Under the pieces are notes generated by a model. That model saw only the letters and a program-made list of their open reading frames with translations. It was not told where the DNA came from and made no database searches. A DNA stretch of 64,000 nt from Octopus sinensis (taxonomy: Eukaryota). Within the stretch, counting starts at the first letter, position 1. Each line of letters begins with the position of its first letter. The DNA is taken from the NCBI RefSeq assembly GCF_006345805.1, contig NC_043012.1, positions 9,300,001-9,364,000 of the forward strand, in the 5' to 3' direction. Position numbers and translations under genes: made by a program. Below, one piece after another: positions 41,005 through 53,954 of the stretch.

Positions 41005-41403
41005 ATACTTGTTTCAGTCATTTGACAGCGGCCATGATGGAGCACCGCCTTTAATCGAGCAACTCGACCCCGGGACTTATTCTTTTGTAAGCCGAGTACT
41101 TATTCTATCGGTCTCTTTTGCCGAACCGCTATGTGACGGGGACATAAACACACCAGCATCGGTTGTCAAGCAATGCTAGGGGGACAAACACAGACACACA
41201 AACAAACACACATACATATATATATATATACATATATACGACGGGCTTCTTTCAGTTTCCATCTACCAAATCCACTCATAAGGCTTTGGTCGGCCCGAGG
41301 CTATAGTAGAAGACACTTGCCCAAGGTGCCACGCAGTGGGACTGAACCCGGAACCATGTGGTTGGTAAGCAAGCTACTTACCACACAGCCACTCCTGCGC
41401 CTA
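41005..41403 (-). mobile_element. CORE-like SINE (family A), full length
   Basis: All family blocks are present. Lies inverted relative to 40206-40611. Confidence 0.92.
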
Positions 41404-41628
41404 TGGTGAATATTTTTAATTGAGAATAATAACAGTAGTAACATAAGCGGTTGACAGGTTTAATAGTATTATATAACATAAAATTAGCACGAAGCATTAG
41501 GATGCTGTAAACATTAGCGTATTTAGAAATGAGTGCTAAAGAGTCAATTCAACCGCCTGAAGGCACCAAAATAGTAGAAAATAACAGTAAGTGAGGAAAC
41601 GGATAAAGAATTAAAAACGATAAACGTC

Positions 41629-41913
41629 GCCCTTTTCAAGCCAAGCCAGGACATGGGCCCGGTTTCCCGGTTTCTGTGGCGTATGTGTTCTCCTCCGCTG
41701 GACGCGACGCCAGTCCATTGCAGCGTTACTCAAGAAACAGAAAGAGAGAGTGAGAGAAAGTTATGGCGGAAGAGTACAACAGGGGTCGCCACCACCCTCT
41801 GCCGGAGCCTCGTGGAGCTTTTAGGTGTTTTCGCTCAATAAACACATAGGAATCGAAACCGCGATCCTCCGACCGCGAGTCCGCTGCCTAACCACTAGGC
41901 CATTGCGCCTCCA
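41629..41913 (-). mobile_element. tRNA-Arg-headed SINE, tail variant A
   Basis: Homologous to 191-494 along its length, with a short deletion after the B box. Confidence 0.88.
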
Positions 41914-42486
41914 AAAAATGAAAAAACATACCTTTAAAGGTTATGCAATTCAGAGGCTCATATACCATGGTTTTGGGTTCTGGCCCTCAACCTTCTTTAG
42001 TATGAGTTACTGGGGCAAAAATTCCAGATCCTGAAACACTTACAAGGATTTGGTCGACCTGAGGTTATAGTAGAAGACAATTGTCCACAGTGCTTTGTAG
42101 TGGGATTGAACCTGGAACCATATGGATGGAAGTACACTTGTTACCACACAGCGACGCCTGCGCGTGCATATGCATGTGTATTCTTATATATCTAAACCAA
42201 GCGGTTTTATTTGTTTATTTGCATTATTATCATTATGTACATATGTAGTGTGTGTATATATGTATATGCATGTATGCACATGTATGTATGTATGTATTTA
42301 TGTATGTATGTATGTATGTATGTATGTGTGCATACATGTATTTAAATATATCTGCGATCGTAGGTGCCCACGTGTGGAGGCGTGTTTTTAAATGTGTGAA
42401 AGCTGCGATAAAACCTAATAAGAAAATTGATGTTCGAAATTTAAGAAAGAATTGTTGTGAATACATATGTATGTAAAAGAGAGAAC

Positions 42487-42533
<47 letters not shown>

Positions 42534-42542
42534 TATATATAT

Positions 42543-42640
<98 letters not shown>

Positions 42641-43060
42641 CATATTGTGCTAAATTTGAACAAATTCAAATTTTCGAAAACCAGTGAAAAGTAGGGAGGT
42701 GTAGAAACAAATCGATATTTCAGCTTTTGGAAAAAGAAAAAGATTAACGTAGAAGTTAAATGAAAACATAACACAGCTGAACACTTGTGTTAAATTATAT
42801 TAAAATATCGTTTAGTGAATTGATTTCAGTAGAAACGTTTGGGGAAAGCTATAATTTAATAACGACTAAGGCAAACTAGAGTATAATCACAAAATTTAAC
42901 GGCTGAAATAGGTAATTTATAATGGATCTGGTAACTGATTGTGTACCACTCTGAATGGTGTCAGAAATAAATATCTGTATGTCAGTTTTAGAACCACCTT
43001 AGAATAGAAAGATCCGGTTTCGTATTTATATAATTTAGAATTCTATGTCGAGAAGTATAT

Positions 43061-43448
43061 CTATTTCTTTGTTTCCCACAGGGGGCTAACCACAGAGGGG
43101 AAAAAACAAGTACAGACAGAGGGATCAAGTCGATTACATCGACCCCAGTGCGTAACTGGTACTTATTTAATCGACCCCGAAGTCGACTTCGGCTGAATTT
43201 GAACTCAGAACGTAGCGGCAGACGAAATACCTATTTCTTTACTAACCACAACGGGGATGAACAAGGACAGACAAACGGATTAAGTCGATTACATCGACCC
43301 CAGTGCGTAACTGATACTTAATTTATCGACCCCGAAAGGATGAAAGGCAAAGTCGACCTCGGCGGAATTTGAACTCAGAACGTAACGGCAGGCGAAATAC
43401 TGCTAAGATTTTCGCCCGGCATGCTAACGTTTCTGCCAGCTTGCCGCC
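43061..43448 (-). mobile_element. Nin/Deu SINE dimer
   Basis: Two units joined at gacgaaatacc|tatttcttt (about 43231). Confidence 0.88.
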
Positions 43449-43549
43449 CTATATATGATGTATTCGTAGTAGTAGTAGTAGTAGTAGTTTATATGGAATG
43501 TAGCAGTAGTAGTAGTAGTAACAGTAGCAGTAGCAATAGTAGTAGTAGT

Positions 43550-43581
<32 letters not shown>

Positions 43582-43889
43582 TAGCAGTAGCAGCAACATT
43601 AGTAGTAGTAGTAGTAGTAGCAGTACGGAGGAAGGTGCTGTAACAACGCGTCGCTGCATCCACCACATGTTGGTGATTCCCTAGTATTCCTGGTGGATAA
43701 TGCCTCTGCTACATTCAGGCGACAACCCTCCAACCCATGGGTCGGGTCATTTTGGGTAGTTGTTGCTGGTGAGCGCTCTACGAAGTCAGACTACAAATCC
43801 TAACTCAATCTCGTTCTATATTTAAGAGATGAGGAATCATATACATTATTTACATTATTTACAATTGGCGGATATTTGTCACATGCATA

Positions 43890-44275
43890 TAAACACAAAT
43901 AGACCGATCTTACGTTACAAGGATGTTTGCAAAAGGGACATGAAGGCCTGCAACATCAATATCAGCGGTTGGGAGGCAGTTGCCGGCAACCGTGGAGAAT
44001 GGCGACGTACCGTAAAAGAGGGAATACAAAGGAGTGACAGAGAGAGAGAGGAGAAATGGAAAGAAAAGAAGAGACGTCAACAAGAAACTATGGCACTACC
44101 ACCAGCCAGGAACAGTCTTCGCTACATTTACAGTACCTGCCAGAGGGAGTGTTTGTCCAGGATAGGACTACACAGCCACAGCAGGAAATGTATCAGGACA
44201 TGAAATATAAAAGCAGGACTAGACTACTTTATGCGCAACTCCATTGTCTCCCGAGACAAAAAGGATGCCAACCAA
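43890..44275 (+). pseudogene. RTE LINE 3' end (C-terminal domain and 3' UTR)
   Basis: RPILRYKDVCKRDMKACNI..WEAVAGNRGEWR..C..CLSRIGLHSHSRKC is the RTE C-terminus. The tail reads ccattgtctcccgagacaaaaaggatgccaac. Confidence 0.85.
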
Positions 44276-46380
44276 TAAACATAGACATCTCAACAGTATA
44301 TAGACAACTTCATTTTTGAAAGTTTTACTTCTTTGGATATTTGCCTGTCAATATTTGCTATTGGTAACCAACTTGATGGATATACATTACGGAAGCACTC
44401 CGACGCATTTAGAATTGCTATGCGACCGCAATAGCCTGGTAACGAGTATTATTTTCAACAATCCGCTTGAAAACCCCAAAACAACCCATTAGATGGTCCA
44501 GGTGGAACTGAGTGAGATGCTGTTGATTTCCTTTCTGGTGAATTGTACGATAAGTCTGTTAACTGGCAGGAAGAATCTCAAAATTTTGTGCAATTTTATG
44601 CTGGCTAAGCCCACCTTCGGGTTGACCCGTGGAATGCCCTATTTTGCTTCTGATGTTTGCAGCATGGCTAGGTGCTATAAAGGAATTAATGTATTATAGT
44701 CATAAATGAAAATAAAAACTAATACATAAACAAGTTTGAAGCATCAGATAGAAGCTTCAAACAGATAAAATTGTAAAATGTGGGTTGTCTGTTCTGTTAA
44801 CATTTGAGATGTCTGTGTACACAAACACACACCACACACACAAACACACACACACACGCACACACACCACGCACACACACACACTCACACAAACGCGTGC
44901 ACGCATACATACATAGATACATACACATACATATATATACATGTATATATATATATACATACATATATGTATGTGTATATATGTATATATATATATATAA
45001 TATAATATATATTATATATATATATTATATATATATATAATATATATATATATATATGTAATATATATGTGTGTGTGATGAAAAATGTTGTCTTTTGCAG
45101 GTGTAAACTGACAAAAACCAGCAAACCGTATTTTTAAACAAGAATACTCTGTAGTATTTGTCACGCTCAAATTGTACAGACGCTTTTCAATAAACCAATG
45201 GTTGTTCCATTGGAGACCTGTAACCATCGAAGCTATAATTCACAAAATCCAAAATGAAGAAAAAATTTAAATAGCTTATCAGTTTCTTTGTTTCAAAACA
45301 TTTACCAATTCTTTACATGATTTGCTGCAAAATACAAAAAGAGTTGGTATCTCATACTTATGAGTTCAAATCAGACTGCTGTTATATAGTCATATATTCG
45401 ACGTGGTTCCATAAAATATATAAAGGACTTAGTAATAGAATATGTTTACTTCCATCTTTGCGAGCAATAATAATAGTAAATATATTTTGATGTATAGATT
45501 TCGTGGCTTCTGTTATTGAAGATATAATCAAAGAGCGTACTTACCATTCCATCTTGGCCAGCAACATGTTTATGGTTGAAGTTTTATGTGAAACGAACCT
45601 CACAAACAATATTTCTTTCGTTATTGATTTGACAATCTTGTCCAGTACACTATCATGGAACAGACGACTGAATTGGTAAAAGTTTATTACACTGGAGAAG
45701 TTTACTGCCATACTAGAGGCCATTGTTTGTTAAATATCGCCTGAAGCTGTGTTAAAGGTAATAGTTATGCCACTGAGATTGAATAAATCCTTTGTTGAAT
45801 AAAGGTCATGTAACTCTTTTATATTTCTTTAAAAGATAGACAACGATTATAAGAATAGAAGGACACGAAGAACAGCAGACATACAAGTTTTACCTGATAT
45901 TACATAACCAATAACTTGTGATATCTTGCTTTTTATAGCTATTCAGTTCTCAGTATCACAGATAAGTGACAATGAACAGTGGGAAAGATGAACCAAAGAA
46001 TCAAATTTTCATTTTTATCCTTTTAATATTTCATTTGTAAGAAAGGCTAGTGCTCATGGCATTAGCAGACACCCGAAAAACGGTGGGACTAATAACATTA
46101 GCGTTTCTGTTGAATAAGTGCTTGTCAATTGTTATAGGAATAAACACGCCTTCGGGGAAAATCAATGGGATAACATTTTTAGCAAGGAGTTAGTATTGAG
46201 TTAGTGGATAATGGCATGAGAGAGAAGAAAAGAAGAGACGAATGACTCCCTAAGGGTCCGGGTGCATGAGATACGAGACTAACCAGCCTCGGGCACTAGA
46301 ATAGAAACCCCTGCTGCGAGGCTGATGGTGAGTGCAACAAATTGTTGCTCTTTTTATTATGCATAATCTTTTCTTTTAAT

Positions 46381-46785
46381 CTTTTACTTGTTTCAGTCAT
46401 TTGACTGCGGCGATACTGGAGCACCACCTTTAGTCGAGCAAATCAACCCCGGGACTTATTCTTTGTAAGCCCAGTACTTATTCTATCAGTTTCTTTTTGC
46501 TGAACCGCTAAGTGACGGGGACGTAAACACACCAGCATCGGTTGTCAAGCAATGCTAGGGGGACAAACACTGACACACATACACACACACATATATATAT
46601 ATATATACATATATACGACAGGATACTTTCAGTTTCCGTCTACCAAATCCACTCACAAGGCATTGGTCGACCCGGGGCTATAGCAGAAGACATTTGCCCA
46701 AGATGCCACGCAGTGGGATTGAACCCGGAACCATGTGGTTGGTTAGCAAGCTACTTACCACACAGACACACAGCCACTCCTGCGC
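46381..46785 (-). mobile_element. CORE-like SINE (family A), full length
   Basis: All family blocks are present. Confidence 0.9.
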
Positions 46786-48508
46786 ATGCTGAGATTGTTT
46801 TCATCCTTCAAGTGTCACATTTGCTGTTAAAGGTATGTTACTCTAGCGCCAGAAACCAAACAACGATTAATATAATGAAGTTAACATAAGATTTAAAAAA
46901 AAATGTTGTGACGGTTAGAAATGTTTATTGACGACACCCATTTCTCTACAAACTTCAGGCAATCCCGTATTAATTAGTGACTGTCGCACTTAAAGGCTTA
47001 AATATGCAAATTAATAGTTTAACGATGTAGACTTTGATAAGCATGATACTCCAAACGAGTATCGGTTTTGAATTTATTTAATTTAAATTAATCAATAATA
47101 ACTGAAATAATTACGTTTATTGCTAATGAAAGAACCATTGAAAATAATTAAGCTATGAACTATATGATAAATTCGCGGTTCTTTTTTTTACTAAATCCTT
47201 TGCTTTAAAAGATAAATTTTCACCTGGATTTGCTGCGATATAATAACATATTGGAGTTTAACGACCTATTATTAATTAGACTTTTAATTACACTAGATAT
47301 ATTTTTAGATGTTTATACTTCAATTTTCTGTATAAAACAAGAAAATATAACGTAAAAAATATCTTGTTTCACCTTTATTACTGCAATTTCTATATCCAGC
47401 TAATTAAAGTTCTGGTTACAAGAACATATATATTCGTTCTTAATACGTTCTGAAATATCGATCGTGGATAGATGATCGCTGTTGTTTTACGCCGCTGCAG
47501 AATACCTCCTCCCCTTAGACAGCGTGTCTACATAACACACGTGATTTATAGGTGTAAGGGACTTTCGATACACCAGTGTTTCGAGCCTATAAGTGTCTCC
47601 TCAGTCAAAGCTACCGCGCCTGACCAATGAACCTGACAAGAACACAAGTTATTATTTACAGGAATCAACAAAGAAATAATTTGCTGATGCGACATGTTGC
47701 CTGCCAAACAGATAATAATTCATGAGGTGTGTACCGAGTAATAACGCTTGCTAAGAACGCAGCTAACCAAAAGGGAGCAGGTGTTCTCCATTGTGAAAAT
47801 TAAAAGCAAGCAGCTATTTATATTCGCATCTGCCAGAATGTGTTATTAATTAATAGAGAAGTTATTATTCTGGTGTGCTCTTACTGTTCTCTGTGCATCC
47901 CATCAGTTGTCGCTGTTGTTTTTATTGTTGTTATTACAGTAGCTGTTGTAGTAGTGGCTTTCTTTGTCCCCCCACCTCACGACCTATCCAGTCTTATATA
48001 TGAGTCACAATGGCCAGGAGAGGTTATTATAGTCACGTCCAACTTCTCTGTTTTTAACAATAGCATAAAATGGAGGAAGGCGAACTGTTTGTCACTTCTT
48101 TCTCCTGTTGTTGCTGTAGTTCTTGTTATTGTTGTTTTAGCTGTTGTCGTTACTGATACTGCTGCAGCTGATACTGTTGATGTCATTCAGGTTATTGTTG
48201 GTGGTCTTGCTATCTTCTTCTTCTTCTTCTTCTTCTTTTTCTTCTTCAATCAGGACTCGCGCCATTAGCCACAAAGAATAATCTCTAATCCGAGCCTACT
48301 CTAAGCTACTAAGAGTGCGTGTGGCAAATTGAAGATCCACCCACCTAACGCAATAGACTGGCGGTTGCACGGGCACGAAAGCTACGTTGTTATCCTCATT
48401 CCGTAAACGGTGACCTTTTTAACGGGTGGAGAGCTGAACCATCCTAGTCTAGGGTCTGCAAGTTTACCACACCATCGTGGGTCACACCATGGTTCCTCTG
48501 TTTTGTGG

Positions 48509-48680
48509 CAGAAGTAGGAAGAAAGAGTGAGAGAAAGTTGTGGTGAAAGAGTACAGCGGAGCCTCGTGGAGCTTAGGTATTTTTGCTCAATAAACACTCA
48601 CAATGCCCGGTCTGGGAATTGAAACCGCGTTCTTACGACCGCGAGTCCGCTGCCCTAACCACTGGGCCATTGCGCCTCCA
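48509..48680 (-). mobile_element. tRNA-Arg-headed SINE, 5' part
   Basis: The minus strand reads TGGAGGCGCAATGGCCCAGTGGTTAGGGCAGCGGACTCGCGGTCG. Confidence 0.85.
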
Positions 48681-49327
48681 CTGGTGTTGCTATTGCTGCT
48701 CTTGTCGTTAATTTACGTTGCTCAGGCTGGTGTTAACGACGTTGATCTTTTGTTGTTTTTGTTTCTGCTGCCCTTTTTTAGTTTAGGTTATTATTGTTGT
48801 TGTTGTTGTTTTTGTTACCGCACGTCTAGTGCCTGCACTTGTATTTGTAGTTAGTGCTACCAGTTCTGTGCGTGTATAAATGTTTACATGTGGTTAATAA
48901 TCCATAGGTTCAAGAATGGCGGTATGGTTAAGGAGCACGCTTTGCAAGCACTTTATTTCGGATTCAATCTCACTCTGCGACACTTTGGGTAGATGACTCC
49001 TACTATGGCCCCTGGTCGTAAAATGTATTCCGAGGGAATTTAGTAGAATATAAATGTTTGGAAATACATTATACATACACCCCCCCCCAATATATATATA
49101 TATAAGTAAATAAATGGAGTTGAACGATGTTATTAACATTCTTTTAAGAATTTTAATAACATCTTCGTTCAACTCCATACTACACAAATTACTGCACATT
49201 AACCCGGAGTTTCTACCTTTGAATAGGTCGCTTCATCCGTGTAACTTGCGTGAATTTTGCTATCCTGGTAACTGTTTATTGAATTTTCCATGTTAACGGT
49301 AAACAAAGGATAATTCATTCATCCATT

Positions 49328-49418
<91 letters not shown>

Positions 49419-49450
49419 GATATATATATATATGTATATATATATTATAT

Positions 49451-50075
49451 TAAATTAGAGATAAAACCACTACTAGGCAAATTTGTTTGTATTTTTGAAA
49501 TTAGCTATTTCATCTTTAAATATGAAAAATTAAAATATTAGGTCTTTATTATATGTGCATATATATATATTTATAGAGATTATTTTAGATCTTATTATTA
49601 TTTATTATTATTTATACACATTTATATATTTTCATTGATAATTTATATATTATTTAAATTTTATATTTTAATAATATGAATAATCATTTTACAATTTTTA
49701 TTTTTAATTTTTTAATTTTTTTTTTGTAAAATATTTATGTAATTAGATATTGACTATTACTGATATTAGATTACCTTAAAAATTAATACTTAAAAATTAA
49801 AATTAATATTTAACATTATAATCGTTGTTTTGACATAATCATAATCGTTAAGTTTCTAGTTTGATAATAGAGTTTTTTATAAGAAAATTTATTATATTAT
49901 TTATTTCTTAAAAATGTTGTTTAAATATTTTTGATTATTTATTAAAATATTACAATTAACCTGAAGATTGGCTGTAACCATAACTCGAATTATTAATTGA
50001 ATTTAAATTATTGTTATTCGAATTGGTTACGGGCATGAAACGATCGTAGTGTTTTTACTCTTTATCCTATTAAAC
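49451..50075 (+). mobile_element. AT-rich Penelope-like element with hammerhead-like motif and partial inverted end
   Basis: 49961-50048 reads CTGAAGA..long stem (CTGTAACCA/TGGTTACGG)..GAAA-CGATCG-TA. TAGAGATAAAACCACTAC (about 49456) resembles the reverse complement of GTAGTGTTTTTACTCTTTA (about 50046). Confidence 0.5.
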
Positions 50076-50134
50076 TTTTAATACTTTTTGATAGTTTATA
50101 AAAAAAAAAAATAATAAATATAAAAATATAAAAA

Positions 50135-50450
50135 TATTGACTGGGGCCATGTTGGCGCATCGAATTTTCCGTTGGAGAAATTGACCCCTGAACTTATTCT
50201 ATCGGTCTCTTCTGCCGCACCTCCACATTTCAAGGACGTAATCACACCAAAATCGGCTGTCACGCGAGGATGGGTTGGGTGGGTTTTAACAAACACAGAC
50301 ACTCACACACACACACACACACACATACACACACACACATACACGCACGCACACACACACACACACACACATTTGTATATGATCTTTCAATTTCCGTCTA
50401 TGAAATCTGCTCGTGAGGTGTTGGTCTCGCAAGGTGTTGGTCGACCTGGT
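50135..50450 (-). mobile_element. Old CORE-like SINE (family A) remnant
   Basis: ggccatgttgg..acttattctatcggtctct..tttccgtcta blocks. Confidence 0.6.
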
Positions 50451-50709
50451 ATTTGGAGGGGACAGAGTCTCTATATTTGTGTATGTTTTTTGTGAATCGG
50501 AGTGCAAAAAGCGTATAGATGTGAGTATGCGTGTATATATATGTGCCTATTTGGAAATGTAAATCTATGTGTGTGTGAGTGTATACACGAATAGCTATGT
50601 TTTTACGTATGTTCTTGTGAGTATATGTTTACATATATATACATGCAGAATGTATAGGTACGTGTGAATATGAATATATGTGAGAAAGCATACTGTGTTT
50701 ATTATAAAG

Positions 50710-50786
<77 letters not shown>

Positions 50787-51323
50787 TGTGTATTAGCAAG
50801 ACAGTACATATGTGTGTGTATTTGACTTTGTGTAGTATATCTTTATGTATTTGGTGTGTTTTCCTTTTGATAGTCCAACGTTATTCATGTGAATTTCTTG
50901 TACAATATCTTCATTCCTCAGGAAAATTCATTTTTCTGTTCTCATCTTATTTACTTATTTTCTCGACATTGCTATAAAATTTCTTTGTGGACTCAGTTAT
51001 TGAAAGTAATTATTCTGGAGATAATTTTCCGAGTTACCCGAAATTGTATTCGAACTCTGAACGAAATATAGAAAAAGAAAGAACAAAGAAAAAAAAAAAA
51101 AAAGAAAAAAATGAAAAGAGAAAGATGGAGTAAAAGCGAAAAGAAACAAACAAGAAAAAGATTACATGATATCTGGGCAATTGTAAACGTAATTGAAGTT
51201 ACGTTAGCTTAACATTGGCAAGTTTGCTGCTAGCAAACAAACCACGGAAACATAGGATGCGTACAAGACATACTTATGTATATACACACACATATACATA
51301 TAGTATACATATGTGTATATATA

Positions 51324-51373
<50 letters not shown>

Positions 51374-51381
51374 ATATATTA

Positions 51382-51425
<44 letters not shown>

Positions 51426-51426
51426 G

Positions 51427-51464
<38 letters not shown>

Positions 51465-51491
51465 GTATATATATATATGTATATATATATG

Positions 51492-51523
<32 letters not shown>

Positions 51524-51580
51524 CTATATAGTATATATATATATAGATATATATATATATATAATATATATATATGTATA

Positions 51581-51900
51581 TCTCTTATTATAAAAGGCAG
51601 ATTTTATCTGCCTCCCTTTGGGAGTTATACAAATCTACAATATAGCATTTCTTCAATTACAATTTACCTTGCATTTTTAAGAGTACAATGCATCGCGTCA
51701 TGCCAGGTCCAGTTTTTAAAATTTAAACTCCAATTAAGCAAAATTTACAGAAAACTCACATTCTGGTGTGTGTGTCAAATGCTTTTCTTAGTCTGGTTTA
51801 CACCACACGCAAACGCACACACACAGTGGGCAACGAATAAAATGAAAGTAATTGACTTACTGTAGTGAGTGATTCTTTCACTCTGCCTCCCACTTCCTCT
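51581..51900 (+). mobile_element. Possible Helitron-like 5' portion
   Basis: Starts A|TCTCTTATTATAAAAGG within (TA)n, resembling the start of the Helitron at 53241. No 3' hairpin or CTAG found. Confidence 0.35.
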
Positions 51901-52089
51901 TTCAACACATAGACACGCAAATATATAAATAAAATGTAAGCTAACGTGCGTGTGGGTGAGTGGGTGTGTGTGGGTGTGCGCGTGTGTGTGTGTGTGAGGG
52001 TGCGTGTGGTGTGTGGTGTGCGTGTGCGTGAGTGTGTGACAGGAAACTTTTTTACGACGAATATAACACCTATATCCAAGTAGCAGAAA

Positions 52090-52458
52090 GATAAGACAGT
52101 AAGGTGTGATTTGAGGAAGATTTGGCTGCTATTTCTACCATGTCTAGCTGCCATGTAGGGGTCTCCCTCATAGGCTCATACATACATATATACATAGATA
52201 AGACAGTAAGGTGTGATTGGGGGAATTTGGCTGCTATTTCTACCAGGTCTAGCTGCCATGTAGGGGTCTCCCTCATAGGCTATACATACATATATACATA
52301 GATAAGACAGTAAGGTGTGATTTGGGGGAAATTTGGCTGCTATTTCTACCAGGTTAGCTACCATGTAGAGGTCCCCCTCATTGGCTCATATATATATACA
52401 TAGATAAGACAGTAAGGTGTGATTTGAGGGAGATTTGGCTGCTGTTTCTACCAGGTCT
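52090..52458. repeat. Tandem repeat, unit about 102-107 bp, 3.5 copies
   Basis: GATAAGACAGTAAGGTGTGATT..TTTGGCTGCTATTTCTACCA starts at 52090, 52197, 52301 and 52403. Confidence 0.92.
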
Positions 52459-52529
52459 GTTAGGCCTTCTCATGTAAACTCAAGCTTTCTCATGCCTTGA
52501 ACATAAGACCAAAGCAGAGAATGTATTCT

Positions 52530-52818
52530 TTTATTCTTCTGCTTTTTCCAGCCATTGGTCTGTGGCCATGCTGGGGCAATGCCTTGAAGAATTGTAGTTT
52601 AATGAATCAACTCGTTTTATTTTTGTAAGCATTGTACTTATTCTATCTGTTTCCTTTGTCAAACCACTAGGTGACAGGGATGTAACAAACCAACATTCGT
52701 TGTCAAGCAGTGGTGGAGGACAATCACAAGCACAGACACGCACACACACACACCTACATGCATACACATATACACATACATACATACATACATATATATA
52801 TATATGTATATATATATA
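52530..52818 (-). mobile_element. 3' half of an old CORE-like SINE (family A)
   Basis: tgtggccatgctggggca..gtacttattctatc..ttgtcaagc, followed by the internal CA/TA tract. Confidence 0.7.
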
Positions 52819-53137
52819 TTGCAGCGTGGAAGGTGTTTGTAAGCCATTTAAGAAACACACAAAAACCGTTACATTCACTTCAACATTTAAATTTAATTTG
52901 CCAAAATATTTCGTCGCTTTGAGACCGCGACCTGTTCACTGACAAAAATATCGTGCTAACAGGTCGCGGTCTCAAAGCGACGAAAATATTTTGACAAATT
53001 AAATTTAAATGTTGAAGTGAATCTAACGGTTTTTGTGTGTTTCTTAAATGGCTTATAAACACCTTCAACGCTGCAACTGTTTTCGTTCAGCACACGATCT
53101 CAGATCAAGTCACTTGCTATGCAATTACATCTCTGTA
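52819..53137. mobile_element. Penelope-like inverted pLTR pair (about 118-bp arms) carrying a G3-C8 hammerhead variant
   Basis: 52819-52936 is the near-perfect reverse complement of 52958-53076, with a 21-bp spacer. Flanked by (TA)n. Confidence 0.75.
52897..52946 (-). ncRNA. Hammerhead ribozyme-like motif with swapped 3-8 core pair
   Basis: UUUGUCA-GUGAACA-G-GUCGC-GGUCUCAAA-GCGAC-GAAA-UAU-UU-UGGCAAA. The sister arm has GAAA-AUAU-UU-UGACAAA, giving a palindromic AAUAUU stem III and a perfect 7-bp stem I. Confidence 0.55.
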
Positions 53138-53240
53138 ACTATATATATATTTATATATATATATATATATGTATATTGGTAAAACACAGTAAGATAACAA
53201 AAGAAAGAAAGAGACCTCAATATTATGTAAATAGAGGAAA

Positions 53241-53635
53241 TCTTTATATATAAAAGTGAGGTTGTGTGTCTGTCTCCTACGATTTAGATTCCTAACTACT
53301 CCCACATTTTGCGGTGCAGTTTAACCAAAACCGGGTATCTTATAGTCGTGATTCATATCGAGACCGTCTGGGTATTAGCGCGCTTCTACGATGAGTCTAC
53401 GATTTAAAAAAAAAATTACCATCAATTTTTCCCATTTTTAATCCATTTTTGACATATATAAGGGAAGTAACTCTCTAAAATTTATTATTAAATCTCAGAA
53501 CGTAAAAAGCTACAGTAACACCCCTCCCCCTTTGTGGTTAGCCATATTGAGATGGCTATTATACTTTACATCTCTAAAAATGCTTATATAATTATTTCCC
53601 TTACAAACCCGAGCAACGCCGGGCGATACTGCTAG
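53241..53635 (+). mobile_element. Non-autonomous Helitron
   Basis: 5' A|TCTTTATATATAAAAG, subterminal hairpin CCCGAGCAACGCCGGG (53608-53623), 3' CTAG|T, no TSD. These are the canonical Helitron hallmarks. Confidence 0.85.
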
Positions 53636-53714
53636 TATATATATATATGTATATATATATATGTAATATATATATATATATATGTATATATGTATATATA
53701 TGTATATTATATAT

Positions 53715-53769
<55 letters not shown>

Positions 53770-53772
<3 letters not shown>

Positions 53773-53954
53773 AATGTGAGCGCGTGTGTACCGTTGGCGA
53801 TTTTTTCCCTCCGTCTTCCCTTCTTTGGATCTTTCCTTTTCCAATGTTTCTGACGAAGAGCTCCGCTCGAAACGTTAAACCCTCCGTCTTTCCTTTTTGT
53901 TCCACGTCCTCGCGTTGTTGTGTTTTCTCTTTGTGTTTTCATGTTTGGATTAAC
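53770..53954 (+). mobile_element. Hammerhead family 1 element
   Basis: 53846-53880 GTTTCTGACGAAGAGCTCCGCTCGAAACGTTAAAC. Embedded in (TA)n. Confidence 0.75.

Noticed and set aside
49540-49950. Mitochondrial control-region insertion suggested by extreme AT content
   Set aside because: No mitochondrial tRNA, rRNA or CDS similarity was seen. It is better explained as part of the Penelope-like insert.
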